Below, one piece after another: positions 14,757-26,447 of a stretch of DNA of 64,000 nt (its first letter is position 1; each line of letters begins with the position of its first letter). Under the pieces are notes generated by a model. That model worked only from the letters and a program-made list of their open reading frames with translations, did no database searches and was not told the origin of the DNA. The translations under genes and the position numbers were made by a program. The DNA is taken from contig JAQFVV010000011.1 of assembly GCA_028023455.1 (NCBI GenBank), positions 1,178,001 through 1,242,000 of the forward strand, read 5' to 3'. Source of the stretch: Epiperipatus broadwayi (taxonomy: Eukaryota; Animalia; Onychophora).

Positions 14757-15040
14757 TCTGAAGGTTTGTGATGCTGGTATTTTAGTTTTATTTATATATT
14801 GGACTATTTCCATCATTTAATATTAAATATGGAATATTTTTAGAAAAATTAAACTTTATTTAAATTTTCCAATTACATTTAACTGTTAGTAATAGCACAC
14901 AGGTTAGTATATTCACAACGTTTTGAGAGGCATTATTCTCCTGTCTTCTTCAGGTGTTGCTGGCTTGACCAATGACCATAACTTTGGATCCTTAGATTCG
15001 TGAATATTGAATTTTAAGATAACGCTAGTGTACTATAATA
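14757..15040 (-). mobile_element. Family C copy (tRNA-like head remnant + hammerhead + AT-rich tail)
   Basis: Minus: CTGAAGA (14953-14947) A GACAGG-AGAATAATG-CCTCTC AAAA CGTT GTG; 14757-14900 aligns with 11467-11620. Confidence 0.6.
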
Positions 15041-15334
15041 GTGATCTTAAAATAAAAAGTAATGTCAGAATTATCTCATACTGAACTCTTAGCTTCATCT
15101 AAGATATATTTTGCTTCCCTTAAATATTTGTATACCCTTTATATTTAATAATTATTTTGTGAATATGTATAGGCAAATGTCTTAATGAAATTTGGTTTGT
15201 GGTAAATAGCGGTTTATTTTTAACAGATTAATACATTACACATAATACATACTGCTGCCATTTAAAAAAAAGAATAGTGATTAAAAAATGAACTTTTTAA
15301 TATTGTTTGGTTGACTTTATATAAATAGAATATC

Positions 15335-15431
15335 AGTCAAGCGTTGGTGGCCTAATGGTTAGCATAGCTGCCTTCCAAGCAGCAGGTCCAGGTTCGCTTC
15401 CCCGTCAACGCATTTGACATATGGAAAAAAA
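15335..15431 (+). pseudogene. tRNA-Gly(TCC)-derived retrocopy / minimal SINE with A-tail and TSD
   Basis: 15341-15412 GCGTTGGTGG..GCTGC-CT-TCC-AA-GCAGC..GGTTCGCTTCCCCGTCAACGCA; acceptor and anticodon stems intact, T-stem has 2 mismatches and T-loop A58 is lost; trailer tttgacatatgg + A-run; TSD ataaatagaatatc (15321-15334) / ataaataggatacc (15435-15448). Confidence 0.85.
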
Positions 15432-16054
15432 TAAATAAATAGGATACCATTAGTTAACTTCCAATGACTTCTATTATCTAGACATAATTATAAAGAAGAG
15501 AAAGGGTTGAATTTTTATGACAGATCATCTTAGCATGAGTTATGATTTACTAAATAACAATTTTTACTTATTCTTGAAAAGTAAAAAAAGTAGTAATATA
15601 TATATATATGTGAAAATAAAACTAAAACCCACTTGTAAATTAATAATATAACGTTATGATTATTATTATTTATCTTAATCTATTCAATGGCTCTTTTTAA
15701 TTTGTAATTTTAAATATTTTTCATAGAAAATAGCAATAGAATGCTAACTTGAAAAAAAAAAGACTTGCCATAGTTGATCTAATTGCTTTATCTGGCAGAA
15801 CGTAAATGAAGTCAAATGAATAAGAGGAAAACCAAATTATTAAATAACCTAATTCCCTGCATGATATAGCACAGGGATAGAATGGCAGCTTATGGAGCTC
15901 AAGATTCATGGATTGCGGTTCAGCTCTATTCCTTCCAATGCCCAATTTTCTTATAAATTTCCGAGCAATAAAATCATTCAATATATATAGAAGAGATATT
16001 TCCCCCCACTTCTACGACAAAACTATTCATTATTATTTTTTATTGATATATATT

Positions 16055-16217
16055 GAAAGAGGGATGAGCGGATGAACTAGTCTAAATTTTCTTAGTAATT
16101 ATTGAGATAGCATACTGAAGATAGATGTAATCATGGGCTCAGCATTTCGTCACATCATCTCCAGCATGCTACCCGAAGACCCTAAGTCGGACTGTAGTAA
16201 GATGCGCTCCCTCTTTC
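16055..16217 (-). other. Unassigned ~160-nt multi-stem structured segment
   Basis: Terminal 10-bp stem GAAAGAGGGA/TCCCTCTTTC, ~25-bp inner hairpin (16105-16174), small hairpin 16178-16188. Confidence 0.4.
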
Positions 16218-16371
16218 TTGTGAAAACCGACGTCCCGCTACAATATTGTTAATGTTTTTATTTAATTATTAAAAATAAATCTAATATATAGAAAATATAA
16301 GTTCATAACTCATCAATTTATGAGTGTTTTAAAAACACAGGAGATTTGAAAGCATATTAAGTTATTATTTT

Positions 16372-16432
16372 GCGTGGTTTGGTGCAGTTGGTCAAGTGTC
16401 CGATTTGGCGTCAGGAAGTTCTAGGTTCGACT
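16372..16432 (+). mobile_element. tRNA-derived SINE head (Pol III A and B boxes)
   Basis: A box TGGTGCAGTTGG 16380-16391, B box GGTTCGACT 16424-16432, tRNA-like spacing; no acceptor stem. Confidence 0.45.
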
Positions 16433-16820
16433 TTAACAGTTTTGGCGCTCGAACTGTTTTTAAATAAACTTCCGAGTTAATAAAACCATTGGCATTTTCT
16501 TTTCTTTTTTATTACTATTTGATTGCTTATCTTTAAAAAAATCATTAAACTGAAAAAAAATCTCATCAAAGCAATATGTGTGTGGATATATATATATATG
16601 CTATCATATTTCAGAGATTGGATTTAATAATGGATTTATCACGCAGTTTTTTTTAGTTATTAAAAGAAATCATGCAAGTATTTTAGAAAATTTTAAATAT
16701 GATTATTTAAATTTTCAGCATTTTACTTATATTATTAATAAGATTTAATTTAATTCTTCGTACAAAAATGTTCATTTGTAATATTTAAATACAAGTACAA
16801 TTAATACTTGGAATTAGATA

Positions 16821-17092
16821 TAATATAGGGGATATGAACACAGACTTTCAAGCTCTCTTCTGCTATCCAGTCTATCTCTTACAACCGATACACGTGGTCA
16901 CACACGTAAAAATGTAAATGGTGTCCAATATACATATTTCATGCTGCTGGACACTCATCAGTTAGTCCAGATCATCATCTCCCACATATATAATCACTTT
17001 ATATTAAGATAGCAAATCATCTCCCACATATATTATCACTTTATATTAAGATAGCAAATCTGTGCTCAAATCCCCTATATTAATATTCATAT
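16821..17092. mobile_element. Fold-back element with family E hammerhead and B-box-like arms
   Basis: ~27-bp inverted ends taatataggggatatgaacacagacttt / aaatctgtgctcaaatcccctatatta; minus CTGATGA 16961-16955, GAAA 16940-16937; internal ~42-bp tandem duplication; arm-related sequence at ~3930 and ~6575-6618. Confidence 0.55.
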
Positions 17093-17689
17093 ATATATAC
17101 ATTTTAAATCTTCCTTTATTGTTCAAGACATTTCTTCTTTTAATGACTATATTTCCAGTACTATATTCAAGCATTTTATGAAGTATATACTGTATATATA
17201 AATATGATTTAAAACATCACGCTTCTAAAAATAGAATTTAATCTAAACATCCTACTATTTATTAACAAGTTGAAAAAAAAAGATAGGTTGTATTTTTAAT
17301 TAAAACATTACACATTGTAACTAGAATATATATATATCAACTAAATTGTTATTATTTATTGAAAAACTTATGTAAACATGGTGAGAAGCACTAAAAGTCA
17401 CATGTAAACATTTAAAAAGTTATTTAAAAAACAACAACATAATTTATACAAATGGAAGTATTTCTTAAAAGATTATACAAAGGAACCACAACAATTTAAA
17501 ATTAAAATGTTTTATTATTAAATCATTATTTGGTGGATAATTGATTTTTTTTAAAAAAAACTACCATTAATAATAACAAAAAATATCAAATGTTTAAGTG
17601 GTTGAAAGATCATATGAAGTATGAATACTGGTTTCATTTTTAAAAAATTCAATTTTTAAGTTTGATTTCATTATCATCCTTTTCACCCA

Positions 17690-17945
17690 TTATCAATCCA
17701 CTGCAGGATGAAGGTTTTTTCAAAGTTTAATTTAATTTCTAGTCTTTCTTCTTCACATTATTCCAACACACTTTATTATTTCATCCAACCATCTCTCACA
17801 CAGTCTCCTTCTAGGTCTTTTACAATCTCTTGGAATCTGGTTTAAGATTACAACTGTTTATCTACTATTGTCTCTTCTAGCAATATGTCCAGCCCAACTC
17901 CACTTCAGTGTCTTAATTATTTTCAATTATGTCAGTAGTTGATTT
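17690..17945 (-). mobile_element. 3' end of RTE LINE (same family as 60340-63370)
   Basis: Minus LKWSWAGHIARRDNSR, ccagattccaagagattg and catcctgcagtggattgataatgg match 63120-63345. Confidence 0.75.
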
Positions 17946-18249
17946 ATTGTTTGATAAATAATTTTAATATTTTTTAAAAAAATACAATATATTAAAAAAT
18001 CTTTAATCAATTAACTATTTAGAGTAAAAAATGCAATTTTTTAAAAAAAATATTGGAGAATTGATAAAACTTAAAATTGAAAATATATATATATATATTT
18101 TAAAATTACATCAATTAATGAAATAGGAGAAAAAATACATTGCATACTTAAATTTTTTTGTTTGGAAAATTTTTCATTAATAATTTTTGAACAGAGAAAG
18201 AAAATAAAAATATAATGTTATATACAAATATATTTTAGATTTCAACAAT

Positions 18250-19594
18250 ATACTTTATTGCACAACAAGTAGGTTGCATATGGTATCACCAGAAAAGGTA
18301 TACTGATAAAATAGATTTAGATTGTACATTAGTTCATTTGTATATTTACAATCCAATGAATAGTCATTATTTTTAATTTTTTGCAATCTTGAAGCTTTGT
18401 TATAGCCTTGATCTTTGCTTGATCAGGGACCAAGTGGTTGCATATATGTCTAGGGGTGTGATCAATTTGTCCTTATGTTGAAGGGAATTGTCTAGTGTTT
18501 TTTCCAATTAGAAATTTGCACCTAGTGCACCACAGAGTATACAGTAGAAATGTTGCTGCTCTGATGGTGGGTATTGATTTGCCCTTATAAGCCTCCACTA
18601 ATTGTTCTATCCTGGTATTGTTTTTCCTATATATGTTACGTATTATGTCTCTTATTTGGTTTAATCCTCTACAGTGGTACATGGTGCTTCCATTTTTCTT
18701 CTGTTTCATGACATAATCCACAGAAAGGATAAATAGACATGTACATTCTTCTGCAGAATAGAAAATTGGTAGTTGGTAGTGCATCCAGATTCATTTTCAG
18801 GACAAAAATCAAAGAATTTTGGTAAAATTTTGATTCCAATTTCCATTTTTTATATTCTTTTATCATTTTTTTATTGGTTATTCCTACTATTGGTGTTGTA
18901 TTATTATTTTCATTGTTGTTTGTGTGTATGATATTGTATATTTCCCAGTACACCTGGGTCTCGTTTTATGCGGTAGATAGGGTCCACAGAAAACCCGCAT
19001 TAAAAAAAATCACACAAAAATAGACTTAACTTACCTTGAAAAATGGGGGATAGGGTTTTGAGATGATGGGTAGTAGGTATGGCTCTATCATGTCTTTTAT
19101 TACCTTTTCTAAAATTTTTATTGGTAGCGGGCCCATTGAGATGGGTCTTAATACATCTAGAGTGGGAGTACTTGTCTTCTTTTTGTTGTAAACCCTCTGC
19201 ATGTGTATAACCTCTTGGATCAGATAGTTGGCCAGATTAGTAAGGTAATTTGCCATAAAACATCCATATTTTCCATTTTTTTAATGAAGATTTCTTCTTT
19301 GAATATGGATTGTTCTTCAATTGTGCCAAACATTTGATTGACATATTGAGTTGCTTGGTTTGTTTGCAATTTGTTTTTAAAGTATTTAAATATCGGCAGA
19401 ACCATGTTATACCCAGAAAAATTATCATTATTACATTGAATGGCACTTTTATGTAAGGTGCGTAAACCAGTGCCCATTTGATATATTTATGTGTCCAAGT
19501 GTGTTGTTCCGAGATACAGATCTTACTTTTCTTGATTTTTAAATAATCTTTGAGAGCATCACAAGCCTTATCATAAGCATATTTTAGTTTATAT
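18250..19594 (-). mobile_element. L1/Tx1-type LINE, ORF2 C-terminal part (decayed)
   Basis: KMNLDALP...PFCGLCHETEEKWKHH (C-terminal C-x2-C..H motif), similar to the 55701-56297 ORF; AATAAA on minus at ~18255-18260. Confidence 0.65.
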
Positions 19595-21381
19595 TGTAAT
19601 GGAATGGACTGACTAAGTGAGAGGAATAAAAAAATGATTAATGAAATTGGGAAAAAAAAAGAATTTCTTTAATCGTTAACTTGCTTTATTTATTTTAAGA
19701 GAGCGAGTCTTCACATTAATAAAATAAAATAGGAGTGTTCTTGAATTCAATCCCCACCCTCTGTTACCACAAGCAAAGAGAACCTATGGACATAAACTCA
19801 TTCATATCCATACTTGACCGAACCTGGGACCATACAGATATTGCCCCAGGTTATCTTTCCCAGTCAAACATCTCTCAACTGCTGTAATTATTAAAGAATT
19901 ACAGCACTTGGATGAATTATAAATTTAATGGGATCAGAAATGCCATACAACTAGTCTCACATGTTACTTAGTACTCAAAATGAAGTAATAATTCTAACCC
20001 AAAACCTTCTGGGTATATTAACTACTTGAAATGGCAAGAAACGAGACAAAACAGACAAAATAATTAAGGAACATTTAATATAATAAATAAATAACAAAAA
20101 AGAAATCAATTGAAACATTTTCATACAATAAAAAAAAATCACTACGATTAAGTGTATGGGTTAAATCCTATAAATGATTATAATTTATTACAATAAATTA
20201 TCCATTTAGTCGTCATTCCCAGTATTAGAAAGAGTCTAATTAGTGTCTATCTCATTAATATCTGGAATTTGCAATTGCTTTAAATCAAAAGTGTGCACGT
20301 GTTCTAATTTACCTAGGTTTTTCTTCTCCAACGTGAGTGAATGTCCTGTTGACCATCATGTGGAATTCCTCCACTTCTTTAGCAAAGACGGCCACTCTCA
20401 GGCTTGGATTTGGTTTGTTGAATCCCTTCTTTTGTCTGTAGTGATTTCTCCGTACTAGGACATCAAGTACATGGCAGGCAGATCATCAGGCAGGCACTAT
20501 ACTGGCAGTTGTTACATGGCGAGGTGACTGTATGAGCACGGTGGGTCTGAATTGACCAGCTATCACGATGGCCCTTAGCCAAACATCCTTGAAGCTTCAG
20601 TTATGTTGTAGATTATTTTTATGTTCATACAATGTTCAGTATTCTACGTCGAGGTCCTTATACTCAGCTTCCTGGTTTTTTTTTCTTTGCAAAATTTTAA
20701 AGGATTTTCATGTCTGCTTTCTACTATATTCTAATCTGCTTCTTCTCTGAGCAGTCTCCTCACCAAAGTCTCTACGTGAACTGTCCTAATTAATTTATTA
20801 ATGTCTTTTTTCAAATTCTTTCATTATCTTGATCTTTTTGTTTATAGCTTTTCTTTCACACCTTTCACTTTACGACGCCTTCAACAACTTATACAAATTT
20901 ACTTTTTCATACAATTTTGTAGCAATATTTTACATTTATTTATTATTTATTTTATTAATAAAATTTTCATTTGACATGCATTAAACATTGCTCTCTTTAT
21001 ATATACTTTCACACATGCATTTCATTTCCGTCAAAATGTATACTTTTTTTAGAATAGATCTTTATCTTTTGTCACATTTTAAATTCTACTTCTAATCTTA
21101 TTTAAACTCCTCAATTTTTACTTTTTTTTATAAATCATTTTAAGTTCCTATTTCGTTTATATTTCCTTTCTCACTGTTGATTTTAAACCAAATAAACAAT
21201 TTCAATATTTTCTAACTTTACTTCTTATATTTTTTAAAATATAAACTTTGGAGGGTAAAGGATAAGAATCTTGTTCGATTCCATTTCCCTCTCTTTTATT
21301 TCATTACGGTAATTAATTATGACATTTTCTTTCCTCATTGGCTTAATTCTTTTATTTTTCTATTTCGAAAAGAAAACTACT
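19595..21381 (-). repeat. 3' LTR (1787 bp)
   Basis: Direct repeat of 24631-26443, roughly 90% identical by eye. Confidence 0.9.
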
Positions 21382-21391
21382 TTCCCTCCTT
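21382..21391 (-). promoter_or_regulatory. Polypurine tract
   Basis: Minus AAGGAGGGAA directly before the 3' LTR. Confidence 0.75.
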
Positions 21392-22279
21392 AAAAATTTT
21401 TTTTTCTTAAAAAAAATTTTGATGGATTGAAAGCTATGCACTTCTTAACTTAACTATTGTTATTATGACCCTCTCATATCCATGTACTCCTAATCTTGGT
21501 TAAGTGATGACGAGACTATTCCTAGAGAGGTGATCAGGCCCATACGTCCCCCTTTTCGAACGATCGAATCAGCATTACCAAACCATTTTAATCAAGCTTA
21601 TACAAACAATACGCGAGTTGACTTTTGCCCCCTGATTGTATATACAGGTTCGAGTCCACAGAATATCTGTGACCCGATTAAACCTGTTCATACCCCATAT
21701 TTCACAACTTATATCCAAGTGACAACTCTGATCACTATACCAAGGTAGGATTGATGACTGGCATTTCTTATCCAGCTCACCCATAAGTTCAGAATATTTA
21801 CTGACAACTCATTATATAAGGGGTTCTTTCCCCATACATTGGTTTATATTTCGCTGACTCACAATATTTATCAAATATCTAACTGGAAATTTCAATCCAG
21901 TGAGTCTTTATATGAGAAGAGAATCTCTGTCCCTGTCTTCCCTATCTAATAACTTCTGGTTCACCACCGAACTCACGCATGAATATATAACAGAGATTGT
22001 TTACCATATACTGCTAAGATCCCTACTAAAATATCTATCCCTACATACCTCCTGCCTTTATTTACGATCTCACTCACTACTCTCTCTATAAGTGATGGTT
22101 TGTCTCAATTTGGATAAAGTATTCCTTGCAAACTATTTGGCCATTCATTGGCTCATTCTTCCCTTATATTATCATTATTATTATTTTTTCCTATTATCAT
22201 AAGTCCATTTTTCATTAATCTTAATCCAGTCCATTTCCAATATTGTACCAGTGAATCTGTCCGTTCCTTAAAATTGTAA

Positions 22280-23672
22280 TTATGTTTTATCTGGAGGTAG
22301 TCTCATCCTGTTGAGCTCATATCTCCTTCCTCTGGGATGCGGATTTTGATCCCTATGATTTCTATCCTCTGTCTGTTCATATGAATGCTTCCATTCAGTC
22401 TCCACTCTATGTTGTCCATCTCCCTGCACTCTTGGATTCTGCTCCATAAAATTCCGTTTTCTTCCCATCGACCTTTATTAGAATCCCAACCATTTTTAGT
22501 TACAAGTGGTTACTTTGGAGGCAGTCTATATTTATATCCCTCATCCTCTGGTAGGCCCTGGTGCTATCTAATATGTTTAGCAACTCAGCAATCCGATCCA
22601 CTGTCTTTTTCTCTATACTAATCAGTATCTGTTCAATGTCTCTTGGGAAACCATGCCCAATCATCCGAATTATTTACATTTCAGATAATAAATTAGATAT
22701 CATCATCCGTAACTTGGCCACTTGACAGTGAAAGAAGGTTGTCAATGATTCCCCCGGTCTCCACTTCTCATGTGCTATCTGATGCAACATGTTTTCTTGG
22801 AATTCCTCACTCCAATAACTAGTCACCAAAGCTTTATGATATTCTGTGATGGGCTTATGGAAGTGAGTTCCACCACATTTGTGATTCACCCTGCAAATGA
22901 CTGTAGGTGACCACTATCTTGGCCTCCTCATTCATCCTGCTGAACTTGAAATATCTTTTGAGGCTCCCTAAGTGCTCCTGGGTGTCCAGAGAAGACTTGT
23001 ATCTTTAAGAAGTGATGGAACCTGATAGGATTATCTATGTGATTTCCCTAGCCCCTGTCTATATATCTTCCAGTGGCTCTTGGTTCGATGCCTTCTACTT
23101 CTGTATTGGCACTGTTACCGGCTGACATTATCCTCTCTTCAAATTTAGACTCTAACTTTTCCACTACTCTCCCTACCTGACTTATGTCCCCCTGCATATT
23201 CACCCATTTAAATTTTTTCATCATTTTTAAATCCCCCCCCTTTTTCTAACTCCCCCTTTCCCCCTCCTGGCTGCCCTATGCCCCCTCTCAGATCAGACTC
23301 TGCTGACTTTATATCTACACTCTCTGCCCTATCTAGTTCCTCACACTCATATGGTTTTATGTTTCTTGGTTCATCCAACTTGATTTCCCTGTCCTGTCCA
23401 TTCCCTGTATCATTGGCATCTGATTGCTTGGTGAAGTTACTTCTTATTTCTTCTATGGCTTCCGCAATTCTTTTGTTATTCTCCATTGCTATCTTCACAC
23501 ACCATTCTTCCATCCTTCTTTCTTCCCTGTCCTGGCATTTCTTCATAAACTGCTATTGTTCCATTCTCATTTGCATGAGCATATTCATTACATCACTAAA
23601 GTCTATTTTATCTTTCACTTCCCTGTCCTTATCTTCATCCACTTCTCTTACTTCATTTACTTGATGGTCCAT
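22280..23672 (-). pseudogene. gag: Gypsy-type gag (coiled-coil N-terminus, capsid region) with stops and frameshifts
   Basis: MDHQVNEVREVD..MKKCQDREERRMEEW (E/K/R-rich), EAKIVVTYSHLQGESQMWWD (L.G.A..WW capsid motif), YWSEEFQENMLHQIAHEKWRPGESLTTFFHCQVAKLR. Confidence 0.8.
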
Positions 23673-24609
23673 TTTAGTTTGGGACCTTGTACACATAGAT
23701 ATAATTTTTACTTAATTCTTCTTGATATATTTTTTTCTACTGCTTCTTTCCTTTGTATTTTGATTTGCTATTTGGTTCTTTATTATATGATTATTACCAT
23801 GTAGACCGCTAGCCAATCCAAACACATTTGCTCTGGTTCACCATTTTGTCTACCTGCCCTAGATTCATTTTGACTGCCTGCCTTATTTTGATGACTGCCC
23901 TCTATTCCACTATGTATGTAAACTCTTAATTATTCTACTTAACTAAATGACGCACTTATATATTTTTTCATATTTTAACTTGACTTAAACACTATACTTT
24001 ATTCCTCTCTGTTAATGATATATATAAATTCATTTATTTTAACTTCTTTCCAACAATCCACATTTTTGATATACTGCGTGTATCCTTTATTGATCACTTT
24101 AGGGTTGTGGCTATTTCAAATCACACATACATTTATTTTTTAACTTAACTGAAATACGAGACTATTTTAGAATCACACAACATATATTTCCTTCAACTTA
24201 ACTTACATACACAACTATTTTTAGTATTTATAATTAAACCTTTCTAAAACTTTGTTTTATTCTACTGGACGTAAGCACTTTATACTTCGTTAACAGCAAT
24301 TACATCTACATAATCTGTCTTTGATCGCTACAATTATATTTGAATACTTCTTTTCTTACATTGAATACATCACAACGAAACTCCAAAAGCTTTCTTGATA
24401 TTAAAATCCCCCCCCCCTCTTTCTATCCTTTCTACACATTTGATGTTGAAACACATAAAGTATTACAAAGCGCAAAAAAAAAAAAATTATCCCCCTCGTC
24501 TTAGCTCCTCACCACTCTGATTTATTAAACTAATTATATATATATTTAAATATTTACTTTATTTTACAAAATTTACCCAACACGTGATTACCAATTGCAC
24601 AGCAATAAT

Positions 24610-24627
24610 ATCCCGGACTGGCCCCCA
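24610..24627 (-). promoter_or_regulatory. Primer-binding site, tRNA-Pro-like
   Basis: Minus TGGGGGCCAGTCCGGGAT, 16/18 match to the tRNA-Pro PBS TGGGGGCTCGTCCGGGAT, 3 nt from the LTR end. Confidence 0.85.
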
Positions 24628-24630
24628 AAA

Positions 24631-26443
24631 TCTATCGGAATGGGCAGACTGTGTGAGAGTGAGAATAATAATAAAAATTATTAATGAAATTGAAAAAAAA
24701 AAAGAATTTCTTTAATTATTAACTTGCTTTATTTATTTTAAGAGAGTGAGTCTTCACATTAATAAAATAAAATAGGAGTGTTCTTGAATTCTATCCCCAC
24801 CCTCAGTTACCACAAGCAAAAAGAACATAAACAAATTCATATCCATACTTGACCGAACTTGGGACCATACAAATATTGCCCCAGGTTATCTTTCCTGGTC
24901 AAATGTCTCTCGACTGCTGTAATTATTAAAGAATTACAGCACTTGGATAAATTATAAATTTAATGGGATCAGAAATGCTGTACAACTAGCCTCACGTGTT
25001 ACTTAGTACTCAAAATGAAGTAATAATTCTAACCCAAAACCCTCCGGGTATATTAACTATTTGAAATGGCAAAGAAACGAGATAAAACAGACAAAATAAT
25101 TAAGGAACATTTAATATAATAAATAACAAAAAAGAAATCAATTGAAACATTTTCATACAATAAAAAAAAATCACTATGATTAAGTGTATGGGTTAAATCC
25201 TATAAATGATTATAATTTATTACATTAAATTATCCATTTACAGTCGTCATTCCCAGTATTAAAAAGAGTCTAATTAGTGTCTATCTCATTAATATCTGGA
25301 AAATGCAATTGTTTTAAATCAACAGTATGTGCACATGTGTTCTATATAGGTGTGTTATGTAATTTACCTAGGTTTTTCTTCTCAGATGTGAATGTCTTGT
25401 TGACCGTCATGTGGAATTCCTCCACTTCTTTAGCAGAGATGGCCACTCTTAGGCTTGGATTTGGTTTGTTGAATCTCTTCTTATATCTGTAGTGACTTCT
25501 CCATACTAGGACATCAAGGGCATGGCAGGCGGATCAACAGGCAGGCGCTATACCAGCAGTTGTTACATGGCAAGGTGACCGTACGAACATGGTGGGTTTG
25601 AATTGTAAGCGATCATGATGGCCCTTAGTGCACATCCTTGAAGCTTCAGTTATGTTGTAGATTATTTTCATGTTCATATAATGTTCAGTATTCTACGTCA
25701 AGGGACCTTATCCTCAGCTTTCTGGGTTTTTTTCTTTGCAAAATTTTAAAGGATTTTTATGTCTGCTTTCTACTATATTCTAATCTGCTTCTTCTCAACA
25801 GTGTTCTCACCAAAGTCTCTATGTGAACTGTCCTAATTAATTCATTAATGTCTTTTTTCAAATTCTTTCATTATCTTGATCTTTTTGTTTGTAGCTTTTC
25901 TTTCACACCTTTCACTTTACGACGCCTTCAACAACTTATACAAATTTACTTTTTCATACAATTTCGTAGCAATATTTTATATTTATTTATTATATTTTCT
26001 TTTTATAATAAAATTATTTTCATTTGACATGCATTAAACATTGCTCTCTTTATAGATACTTTCACACATGCATTTCGTTTTCATCAAAACGTGTACTTTT
26101 TTAGAATAGATCTTTATCTTTTGTCACATTTTAAATTCTTTTTCTAATTTTATTTAAATTCCTCAATTTTAACTTTTTTTATAAATCATTTTAAGTTCCT
26201 ATTTCGTTTATATTTCCTTTCTCACTGTTGATTTTAAACCAAATATACGATTTCAAAATTTTCTAAATATACTTCTTATACTTTTTAAAACATAAACTTT
26301 GGAGGGTAAAAGATAAGAATCTTGTTTGATTCCATTTCCCTCTCTTTTATTTCATTACGGTAATTAATTACGACATTTTCTTTCATCATTGGCTTAATTT
26401 TTTTATTTGTTTTTTTTTTTTCTATTTCGAAAAGAAAATTACA
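24631..26443 (-). repeat. 5' LTR (1813 bp)
   Basis: Direct repeat of 19595-21381. Confidence 0.9.
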
Positions 26444-26447
26444 ATAT

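Larger units (their letters stand above)
19595..26443 (-). mobile_element. Non-autonomous Ty3/Gypsy-type LTR retrotransposon (gag-only, 6849 bp)
   Basis: Outer termini TGTAAT...ATTACA, TSD ATAT (19591-19594 / 26444-26447), ~1.8-kb direct repeats, tRNA-Pro-like PBS and PPT on minus strand, gag remnant, no RT motifs seen. Confidence 0.92.

Noticed and set aside
15341-15412. Functional tRNA-Gly(TCC) gene
   Set aside because: Two T-stem mismatches, loss of A58, A-tail and TSD indicate a retrocopy.
15875-15960. Frame MAAYGAQDSWIAVQLY resembling a DnaQ exonuclease ExoIII motif
   Set aside because: Too short, no other motifs or splice support.
16175-16190. Telomerase RNA template (ACCCTAA)
   Set aside because: Only ~1.2 repeats, and G-U asymmetry favours the opposite strand.
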